Positions 53,401-64,000 of a stretch of 64,000 bases of DNA are shown one piece after another. Location of the stretch: contig JAQGDQ010000092.1 of the NCBI GenBank assembly GCA_030141605.1, positions 310,001-374,000 on the forward strand, given 5' to 3'. Within the stretch, counting starts at the first letter, position 1; the number at the start of each line of letters is the position of its first letter. The DNA comes from Tubiluchus corallicola. Taxonomy: Eukaryota; Animalia; Priapulida. Under the pieces are notes generated by a model, which saw only the letters and a list, made by a program, of their open reading frames with translations, was not told where the DNA came from and made no database searches. Position numbers and translations under genes: made by a program.

Positions 53401-56223
53401 CAGAAAGAGAATAAAAGTAACTAAGAGAAAGAGATTTTAAATTCAAATAGAGAACAATTATTTTAATATGCGGTATTGATGCCATTCGCAAGTTCACGGC
53501 TATTCACCAGCGGGAGTGTGGGTGTATAGAAAGGTTCATGATTTCCGTTTTCAATAAGTCATTAATATTTGATTTCTACCGATAAAGAGTAATAAAAATT
53601 AGAAAAACAGATTAACGAAAAAATAACATGGTTTTAAAGTATTAAAAAGACATTTATATTCACGTTAAATTTTACATCAAGTAGGTCTGATATAAGCCAT
53701 CTTAACGTCCTATGCATTAAGCAATAGTTTAATTTTGAACTGTTTCTACTTCAGCTCTGCGAATTGTTATTAAATTATGTTAATGATTAACATAAATTTA
53801 AGCCTAAGTAAAAATGGCGTACGAGGGTTCATAATTTTTGGAATTTTAGCTTATTTAATATCAATGAACCGTTTAGTGTTATCCCAAAGCTCGCAAGCGC
53901 TTATGCAGCAAAGGCCAAACTGCATTATTAATTAGTGCTAATAGTTTCCCACTAATAGTATCTTGGTGATGTGTTCTGGCTCTGTGCAGTGTATTACTGC
54001 AATAATAACAAAGCCACACTTGCAATCACAATCATTGATTTGGGATCATGGTACTATTGAACGACTTAAACTATCAACATGCCCAGGACGCAGGAAGTAA
54101 TCTAAAGAGATTTAAACTATTTGGAATGCATCCGATTCACGTATAACTGCCCCATCCATTTCTTAACCCAATTTCAGTTTAAACTAAACAGGGGTGGCAT
54201 TAATTTTCTGTTAATTTCACTATCTTCGATAATGGAATAAATATTACTATCATTACAATTAAGAAAACATTTGAAACATAATTAGCTACATATATTAGAT
54301 AAAACTCAACGACATATTGAATGCAAATGGCTGATTTTACATTTTAAAAAGGTGAAGTGCCGGTTTTTGCTTATTTTTTTGCACTTATTAGTCTTTATTT
54401 TATTTCAATATGAGTACAACGATTGACATATAGACGCACAATTACTGAAAATAAAAGCGAATCATTATTCGTATGCTTAAGAAAAGGACAAGCCTTCTGG
54501 AGTTTTTGGCTTAATTCAGTGTTTGCGAAAAATGTTAGAAAGATCTAGTAAAAAAGTGTGATAAGGGTCTCGTGTAATTTTTAAAATCATTTTAAAATCG
54601 CGATCATTCTTCCCACCAATGATATCGTTCATTGACTGAAAAAAACAGCTCACTGTCAATTTCTGTCAAAAGTATAAGTTTTTACAAAAATTAGACAGGT
54701 AATTTCATGATATTTTTGCATGAACATTATAGACTTATGGGTAAGCTGCACAAGTTAAATTATTTTAAGCAGCGGGCGTTTACGGAAAGCCAAGATGCGC
54801 TTACGAAAAGTCACGAAGTCCACCATTTACGTCGTAATTTTCAAGTGAACGGCGGCTGCCACCGCACCTGAAAATTTCTGTACAGCGGCAGAATAAATAC
54901 AACTTCATGCTTTATAGTCAGTTTTCTGCTAATTTTTTGTTACGTTTTTTTAAGTTTAAACCGTAACGGTAAAATAAACCAAACATGATAAATGACTTGC
55001 CCTTTCCTTAAGGTATTTAATGAAGAGGGTCAAGCATCATTGAAGTTGCATTGCAGATGTCACACTTCGTATAAATATCATCGTATCATCGTCCATCACC
55101 CCTAATGATGCACATATTATCATCATTTACTGTCAACGTCTTGGATGTTGTTGCCTTTTGCATTTTCAAGCGGTGGGGTTGCTGTTCTCATGCTATACTA
55201 TTCTTGCTATTTTATCATCGTCATCATCACCATCATCTCGTGCAGCGTATTTGATTTCGACGGACATCTGTATTCCATGCCAAAATTGCCCGGACGCTAT
55301 TGACTCAATGGGCTACTCCAACAATTACACCTTTTTCTGTAAATAAAATAGTCATGTAATGTAAAATGCAAAATGTGGCAACTAAATAACTGTGCCAGTT
55401 TTCGTAGAATGAATAACATTAAAAAGATCACCTTCTTCACCATCAAACTTACCGTGAGATGACAATAGAACTTTGAGGTTTCGTATGTTTTTTGAAGTTT
55501 AATTGTCACTTTTCTGTAGAAAAAGTTTCACGTTTTTTGAACTTTAATTCTGTTTCTGGTTATCTGTGTATACTGTATAGCGTGTTGGCTAATAATTACC
55601 ATATAGGCGAATTTTGCACCAAACTTTTGTATTTTCACTATCGTCATTGTCGTCGGCATCCTTATTTTTGTCAAATTGTCATCATTGCCACTACCGCCAT
55701 CATCATAATCACCAATGTTATCAGAAAAAACAAATAAATCATTATCTAGTTCATCAGTTTTATGTATGGGATTGATTACTCATGGAACCCGTAAAAATGA
55801 TGAAACTTTGCTAGTTGAAGACGCTTAGCAGTATTCTCAAGACAATACATTTAATCTTTGTTACCGGTAATGGCTTTCTGTAAAGCTGTAAATGGTGTAT
55901 GTTGGTTAATGCACTATACTGTCCCCCAGAGAGCTAAGACAGTAATATAACGCAAATTAAATTCTTTTTAACAAAGATAATAATGTGTTTTCACTCTTCT
56001 ACAAAAAACGTAACTTGCAGTACCTGCTTCGAAACTTACTAATTTTGAATACTGAAAAGAAAGCCCTTGGTCGACTAGTAACGCATTGTTTTAAAGTTGT
56101 GCTTCGCTAACAAACATACAGAAGAGCAAAAAACCTTTTGGTGGGGTTACAAAAACAACGATTAATAGTACAGAACAATTTTACATAATGCGTAGGTAAT
56201 ACCGAAACAATAGAGAATCTCGT

Positions 56224-56867
56224 AGTACATGGTGGACACCAAAAAATAAGTCCTTTTAAAATGCCAGAGAGTCGAGAATTTTCGTCCAATCTGTATATAA
56301 TTCAATATAGTAAACCAGGAGCATCTTGGAACTTAACCACTAATTTTTACTGAAAAAGTCCAGAAAGTCCAAAGACATTTTATGCTTGATTCTGCGTAAA
56401 AATGAAAAAAGCTAGATAATAGCGTGATTGTATTGTCTTTGTGAACGCGTTATGATTATTTTATTCCTTTGCTCATTTATTTTACTTTGTTCTTCATAAT
56501 TTCTAAATTTAAAACAACTATACCGTTTAGAGACGAAGACAAAATGACTATAAAGCATCACAGGATTGCTTGGAGCTAAAGCTTATGGCGCAACAAGACA
56601 AATGAGGGAGTTCAAGATAACGTGTTGTAAAACTTGTTAAGGAGAACTGATGTTATTATGACAAACTAGAGACGAAAAGAAATTATAAATCTGGAAAAAA
56701 CAAAATAAAATTAACGTGTAGATGAATAAAATGGAATTAACGTGTTCATTTAGACAATACAGTCATACTAATATCCAGTTTTATTTACATTTTATATTTA
56801 TGGGATTAATGACAATATATAACTATGACTATATTACTATAGTTATATGACTATATACGCGAATATA

Positions 56868-56911
<44 letters not shown>

Positions 56912-57100
56912 GTGCTTCTACATCCAGACTTAGGTATTTTAAATAAACTTAGATAGTTGCTTTAAAATAGGTTGCACACAGCTGTAGGATTTCACATGCG
57001 TATACATTCAGATATGGAACGAAATTATACTTGATTTTAAATACAGGATGGACACAAAAAGTAAGCCTATATTAAAAATGCCATAGAGCTAAGAATCTAG
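56224..57100 (+). mobile_element. Two diverged same-orientation copies (~56224-56280 and ~57042-57098) of a Tc1/mariner-like terminal sequence
   Basis: tacatggtggacaccaaaaaataagtcc..aaaatgccagagagtcgagaat vs tacaggatggacacaaaaagtaagcct..aaaatgccatagagctaagaat; both have a TA+CA(G)G-type start. Confidence 0.45.
56872..56906. repeat. (TA)n microsatellite
   Basis: Directly visible. Confidence 0.95.
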
Positions 57101-57478
57101 AACCATTTAGCACTTATGCCTAAAAACTGTTGATAAGAATATGTATATATACATCCCAAATTTGAAGGCCCTAAGCTATAGCCTATAGGGTAGTCTTGCC
57201 CTCCACACAACTAACATTAGTCCACGAAGAACGGTGCGCAATATGCACTATACACTATATAAGCTATATACACATTGCAATGACAGCATTTCTAGATAAG
57301 CTTTGTTGTAAACCTTGCGTGAAAATATAGCAAACGTTGTATTGGCGATGTTCTATTTTCTTATTCGTTTTGTCACGTGAAGCTTATTTGTTCTTTCTTG
57401 CTTATAGATACGTTGATAAAAAAATAAAAACATATGCCTGATGATTTATCCACTACACGTTAGTTATATGACACGTTT

Positions 57479-57480
57479 AC

Positions 57481-57513
<33 letters not shown>

Positions 57514-57524
57514 GAGAGAGAGAG
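57479..57524. repeat. (TA)n(GA)n microsatellite
   Basis: Directly visible. Confidence 0.95.
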
Positions 57525-57910
57525 TATTCCAGTGCCGCAGTTAAAATGCGGAAGTCCACCTTAATCTCATCAAGTCTGTGATACAGTATGCTGGGTACAG
57601 AGGAAAAACACACAGTCCTAGATGTTCAATTTAGATTAACGTAGTTTCTGCATCAATCATGTTGTCAAAGCTCTCTGGGAGAATAATTTCCTTGCTCAGA
57701 CATTTTCATTTTGTTTCATGAGCATCTTGTTTTATAGGATCAATCAACGTGGAAAAGTGGCTTGCATTATTGAAAATGTAAACGCTGCAGATCGCAGATT
57801 ACTTTTGGGATAAAAGAAGCCAGTGCGTTACAGCGATGATCGTAAGAAGCCATTCAGCTGCCGAAGAAATGTGAATCTGTGATGAACAAGCTCTTCACAG
57901 GGAAGCCACA

Positions 57911-58486
57911 ATGTCGTCATCAAGAGTCGATGACGCGAATAAGCCCAAAATTTCAGTGGATGATTTTAGTGTTACTGCTCTTGGATCAGCAGGAGGAGAG
58001 TGTTTAAGTCAAGGCAAACCTGTTTACAGGAGCAATAGCTCGACAGACATCCCACCTCTAGAGGGTGCTGATTGTACTAGTCCTCGCCAGAAACAATGTA
58101 GTGATTGTTTACTAAACCCATTAGTTAATGCTAGATCAACATCGTGCCCGTCTATAACTGATGCACAGTTAGAACCATCAAGGGGCTCCTTGGCACCTTT
58201 GTCGGGTCTCACTTCCAAGACGAGCATGCTGAGTCTTGTCGTGCAGGCTCCAGAGACGTCCAGTTTAGACGAAGAGGACACCTCTGCAAGTCGCGACAGC
58301 ATATCAGACAATCAACAAGCAGCTAAGAATTTTGTAAAGTCTCAAACTGGATCTCATCAACTATTTATGTCTGCTCCTCTAGCCACCATAGAAACATTTG
58401 ATGACAATAATCATTATGAAAAGTGTCTCAGGTGGTTGCAGGATCTTCCTGCAGATTCTGAACCCCCAGAACTTTCAACAGATTAA
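57911..58486 (+). CDS. Uncharacterised Ser-rich, mostly disordered 191-aa protein with a C-terminal YEKCLRWLQDLP helix
   Basis: GC-richer 576-nt ORF with good ATG context (ccacaATGt) and protein-like composition. Upstream acceptor tgttttatag|57739 implies a non-coding first exon. Confidence 0.65.
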   Translation: MSSSRVDDANKPKISVDDFSVTALGSAGGECLSQGKPVYRSNSSTDIPPLEGADCTSPRQKQCSDCLLNPLVNARSTSCPSITDAQLEPSRGSLAPLSGLTSKTSMLSLVVQAPETSSLDEEDTSASRDSISDNQQAAKNFVKSQTGSHQLFMSAPLATIETFDDNNHYEKCLRWLQDLPADSEPPELSTD

Positions 58487-61400
58487 TCTTGAGAGGGAAC
58501 CCCTGCCTGTGATCGCGTCATTATAGTTATTGACAACAAATTAAGTGCAAATTGTTGCGTTGTTGAGTTAATGAACTGAATGAAAAACCCGCAATTAGAG
58601 CAATTTAAGTCTCAGTTTGGCACGTGAGTGGAATGAGTAAGTACCAGTGAAGTATTTTGCACTAAGGTATACTTAATACAGCAGATTGTGTTAAGGTAAA
58701 GCCTAGCAACTTTGCTGGGTAAATAGTCAATGCTGATGTCCACTCATTTCCCTAGCACCAGTCTGATACAAACTCACAGGGCATATGAACATTGCAATGA
58801 AGTTTAAACTGTGAAAAGTCACATGATATTTGACAGAAACGCCCAGAAAAGAAAAGTAAGCAATTCTCACCTTGCTCAGATACCTAGTACACTCTACTAC
58901 TACCATGATATATGAACTTTTATGCGTACCTGTTAATCAGCACATTTAGTTTACGACGTTCCTAAAAGAAAACTGATGGTGAACCAACGCGTTTCATTAA
59001 ACAAGCAAATTTTAAAACATTAAAAGCAACATTTATAAAGCACTCATGGCTTATTCGAGTTAAACAATTCTCTGAGCCTGATTGTTTTTTTAACTACGAC
59101 ACTTAATTAACCCATACAGGATGAAGCAAGGGAATGGCATTTTGGTCACATTTGTGACTACAACAGTTAAGCAGCGACGAGTAAATGGATAGATAACTGT
59201 TTTCGGGTATTTCTGTTATTGATAGAGGACATACATATTCGAACGTGTCAAAAACCTCTGCCATTTATGGAGATCTTATGGGTTACTCTAAATAATTAGC
59301 TACGTGCCAATTCTGAAACACCCGCCTGACTTTGAGTGCTGACCTAATTCTAGCTTTTAGCGTCGAATTTTGTGATGAAATGTGGGTTTTTTATTCTGGT
59401 AACACTGAAATTTCTAGTATTGATTTGGGAATTCCCGCTTCCCGCATAACGCATTGAACTATGGAGACTTAATTGACTACGTTTTAAAGAGCAAAATATG
59501 GTTTATGTTGTCTTGTAATAGAAATCATGATATTGCTGTTTTGATTCATGTTTGAACCGAATCACCTCCTGTTTTTATCTGTGGCTTTTTAGTTAGCCTT
59601 CTACTGATGGCGTTTATCTATACGTCGTCTACCCACAGTGTATATGTAACATAATAATTTGTAATTAATGTAAATGTTATACTATATCGATACATAATGT
59701 CATAATAAATTATTAATAAATATGATCATATATGTTTATATGGAAAAAATTACTACATGAACATTGTTTTCAATGTATTTGGTCTGTTTATTCCTGACTT
59801 TCGCAAGCAGGAAATTTGTCGAGGACTTACATTTTACTCGTATTAAAAGAGATAATAATTAAAACAGTCATTGATGACATGAGTAATTAGCCCATAAAAT
59901 TAATTAATGTTATTATGGTTGTAAAATATATTTCTTAGACATTTGAACCGGTGAAGTTACAGTAAGAACCTTTTTGCTATAACGTGATGTCATGCTAAAC
60001 AAATGCCTTTGCTATGATATAATTCTCCACTCATCTGTCTAATGAAACGTTCAAGAAAAATGTGATAATTCTCTCCATGGTTCAACCTCTATTGATCGAT
60101 CATTGTCTTACTCGCACTGGCCGTCTTGATCATTATCTTACTTGTACAAAAAATAACAAGTCAATAAACAAGCTGCTAGGTTTCTCCCCGTTAATAATTT
60201 ATTCCTAAAACAAAGTTTACAAAGTCTAGGAAATGGCTTCACAATGCATGAGCTTGCTTTATTAATTATTAACCTTTATAAGGCCCTAGGCTTATAAACA
60301 AATTGCATGGGCGTTGCATTACTTAGATAAATACGGCTACATTTGCGTGCCCACGCCTTCGTTGACTGTACATGAGATAAGCGAAGTAAAACGAGAAGCA
60401 GAAGCAACTAAAAATGTCATTGGGACTAAGCGTCACAAGTTCAAGCAAAGCAGTTAGTAAAAAGATATTTGCTAAATCACCTGATCGCTGTTTGTCGATG
60501 ATAACACAAACGGTATCTGAATACAGCAGAGCGACCAAACCATTTTTGCCTTCCTTCGCCTTGCCTTTTACTTTGCTTGCTTTGCTAATGACAACAAGGA
60601 ATAACACACGCTATAATTAAATTGCATGTCCTATATACTATAGTTGTTTATTTCCTCTTTTGTGGTTGGCTTAGTAGACTGCTATTTAAATTAGTTTACG
60701 TGACAACTCAATGAATTATTGCAATCAAACTTCAGCACTACATGGTAAGACTGTTCATGGCCCTAATCATTTTCACTTACATGTACGTACTAAACAACTC
60801 CGATGATTAAGTATCTTTGAAAATTTAATTAAAATTTAGTGCTAGTATCAATTTATGCAAGTTATGTTCAACAGCGTACCAAGAAGATGAAATGATTCGG
60901 TGACACTTAAAAAAATGCCGGAGTTGCTGTGCAACCTTATTATTATTAATTGTCATCACTTATATTGTGTTGTGTGTATTGAAATAGCTGAATTGTACAT
61001 AACTCAAAGTCCAAATTTAAACTCATCAATTCATCAATGTTAAATGTAAAATTAATAAGTATATTCTCAGACATTCTTCCTATTCTCAGCTTCTAAAAGT
61101 CTCTAAAATGCACGGATGGTTGCCGGGCCTCCGCCTCGGATTCTAATAGGTGAAAGCTTGCAGATCCAGTAATCCAAAAGTGATAATTATTATATGAATG
61201 GACAAGTACATCACTGGACACTGGCTTCTTTTCTGTCTCTAGTGGATTCTCGTGTGATCACGATTATTAGTGTTGCTCGAGTCTGCTTTATTACAGTCTA
61301 TAGACATTATGCGAATAAATCACGCGCCAGAAATGTAGAACGTCAGAAATTACCGAGCGAGTTCATTAATATGCAAGTTGTGTGGAAGCTTTCACATGAT

Positions 61401-62224
61401 GTATACAGTTTCTGATTCCCAAGAAGCACAGCAGTTTAGCAGCGAGTTCAATATATGCACAATAGTAAGTTTCCTAGTAAGTCTCACAAATTATTTACCT
61501 TCAACTCCCGCTGCTTTAAAGTAAATGCGAGCTTTCTTTACACAAGTCCGCTGAGAAAGGGCTACTGCGCTTACTAGCTCACAATCGTTGTTACAATTAT
61601 TAATAATTAACTAATAAAAACTAATTCTTATTTTGTCATCGCGAATTTTTTACGTGTTAGGATAAAATTTACGCCTGTAAAATCGTGGAAACTCAGGGTT
61701 ACTAGTACTTAGCACCAGAAATTATTTATACACTAAATACGAAGCGTAATGCACAATGACTTGTGGTGTATTACTAGCGCTATTACCCACGGGATTACTG
61801 TTAAATGCACACATTTGCATAGCCGCGTATATCTAACCACGCTGCGCAACCGCCCCTAAAATCTGGCGCTCTAGTTAAATTATTGGCAAATACGCCCCTG
61901 CTTAGCGCAAAAGAATAGCCGCTCGTTTACACTACGGCAACTTTGATGGCAATGTCCATATGCATCTCCCGTTTACATGCGTACAGATGTGTGGACTCGA
62001 TTTCTGTGTCATTAAAAACAAGTTGTCAGGTCCCCACATGAAACGAAAATGCTTGGGCGTGGCTTTGCTGATGCCGCTGAGAATACTGGACCACGTATCA
62101 TTCACTTTACACTACAAAATAATCCGGATTTTGGCTACATGCAGATCTCCTGAGCGCACGTACCATCCGGATGTATTTCTAGGACAGTAAGGTATTTTCT
62201 GTCTAGTGTGTACGAGGTTAATGT

Positions 62225-63238
62225 TAAAGGCAACTAGAGTAACCCAAGCGTGACACTAAGACGTACGTAAGTGTTTATAAGTAAGTAATATGCTTAATAC
62301 GAATAAACACTTGCCTCACTTAATTAAACACAGAAATACTTGATTCTATTTGGTAACCATTAAGACCTGCAACAACTATCGGTTCTGTGAGGTTCTATTC
62401 AAATTTACAAGATATTTACCAGGAAAAACGTTAGGAGCTTTTTTAATATGGTTATTGATTCAAGGGCTGAAAGAGTTAAACGAAAACACGATTTAAAACT
62501 TTTAGTGGGGGATGTCGTTTTGATATTCATAATAGTAGTTCATTTTTAGTAAAGAAATCGCTTGTTTCCCACTGTGATTGACGAACCGAACTTGTAATTA
62601 TATCAGTATTCTTAAAGCAAAACCGGACCCAATCTTAAACTGTAAGTCAAAACAAACTACTCTTTAAAATATTGAAAGGAAACTTACTATTTTTTCAAAA
62701 ATAACAAACGTAAAAGAATTACCACACAAACACAATTTCGCGTTCGCGCCACTAGTTCTTTACTGTTACATGCATTTCGCCATTCGCTAGTTAGACGGGC
62801 ACTAGCGCCTGTATTTCGGAAACGCATTGCTCGAAAAACAGGTGCTGTATCTCTCAGTTCAAATGCGTTAGTGTGTGATGAACTACACACGTTCGACAGC
62901 TCATGCGCGAGCACAACGGTAAATTTGAATGTTTATCGTAAAACTTGCCTAGTTTTAATACAACACACTGATTATCTTACAGTAGCACTGTACTTCAATT
63001 CTCGCTTTCCCAAACACGTGCAACACGCTCATGGAACATTTTTGCTGTTGAAAATTATGTTAGTTTGTGATGTCATCAATAGTTGGGCTCGCCCGCCGTT
63101 AATTAGCTTTCTAATCTATTATTTAATTATCAAAACCGCTTTTGCAGTATTACTTGTGTTAAAATGTATACTTTTTATCGGATTTGAAAATCGGGTAGTA
63201 TATGAAAAAGGCAGAAAAGTCATCCTGCCTTCCTTTAA
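62225..63238 (-). mobile_element. Probably full-length ~1-kb non-autonomous DNA transposon, TTAA|AGG...CCT|TTAA (Kolobok-like)
   Basis: The right ~600 bp is homologous to 18675-19270 and ends in cctttaa. A candidate opposite end, ttaaaggcaactag, lies at 62225. The left boundary is less certain. Confidence 0.7.
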
Positions 63239-64000
63239 TATAAAAATAACCCCAGCATTTATTTCAACACAACCATCTGCTTATCTTGAACGTTTCGATC
63301 ATAACACGGTCAGGATCACGCAACAATCCACCTCGTGAGAATTTACAGCGTATAAAAATTACAAGCATTTTCATTGTCAAAAGCAAACAAAACAAACACT
63401 AATTGTATACTTACAGACCGCGTAGTACAATGTCAAATTGTACTACCCCGACACAATTCATTGGTCAGAGATTTTATTTTCATTTTAAGAATTCGTCTTC
63501 CCCATTACCACTCAGTATATCAGTATTGTTTAAAGTTTTAAGTGATGATTATTTTAGGTTCCGCCTAAAATATGTTTCCGCCTAACTACTAAACATTACT
63601 ATAACATGCGCCACTATCTTCCCTAATCCTACATCTACAGCACAAAGAATAGCTGTTGCCGTAAACACCACCAAAAACAATACAGCTGCGTTTAAGCTAT
63701 CATATTCAATGTTCGATTAGGAAAACAGACCACGTATGTTTACCATATACGATCATTTGCCCACAGCAAATTACGGTTGATTAATCAAATTCCCGTCATT
63801 TAGTTGTAAAGACTCGCAGACATACTAGATTTTATTCAATGTTTGCCCAATTTTCCAGAGTTCCCTACAATATTTGTAAAGCTCACTGGCACACTTGGTA
63901 TTAATCAGCGTTATAGAACGTTGAACATATTTTCTGAAAGCTATCTTGATTAATTTCAAACATCTTAATTTCAAGATAAATTTAAAAGGATTTCCTTGAA

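Noticed and set aside
62687-63338. ORFs of 75 and 155 aa
   Set aside because: They lie in a non-autonomous repeat; I see no transposase motifs, and the second copy has no equivalent ORF in the track.

Overview
AT-rich, intron-containing eukaryotic DNA, most likely an invertebrate animal (GT-AG introns, microsatellites, MITE and LINE debris). It is not prokaryotic, so most ORFs in the supplied track are spurious. Hand-splicing with frame and phase checks supports six protein-coding genes: (1) the 3' end of a single-pass LRR receptor (+); (2) a secreted 352-aa long-heptad coiled-coil protein of unknown family (-); (3) an 8-exon secreted ~592-aa protein with a Q/P/S/Y-rich region, a lone ZP-N-like domain and three EB-like Cys modules (+); (4) a 16-exon ~2250-aa TANGO1/MIA3-family gene (-) with no visible SH3/MOTH domain, an RS-like tail and a probable GC-AG intron; (5) a divergent GXYLT-like GT8 xylosyltransferase with an intronless CDS (+); (6) a small disordered 191-aa protein (+). 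Introns and intergenic DNA hold LINE fragments, two copies of a TTAA-flanked non-autonomous DNA element, foldback/MITE-like inverted repeats, a 25-bp minisatellite, and palindromes next to microsatellites. All family calls come from motif recognition by eye; no database search was run.
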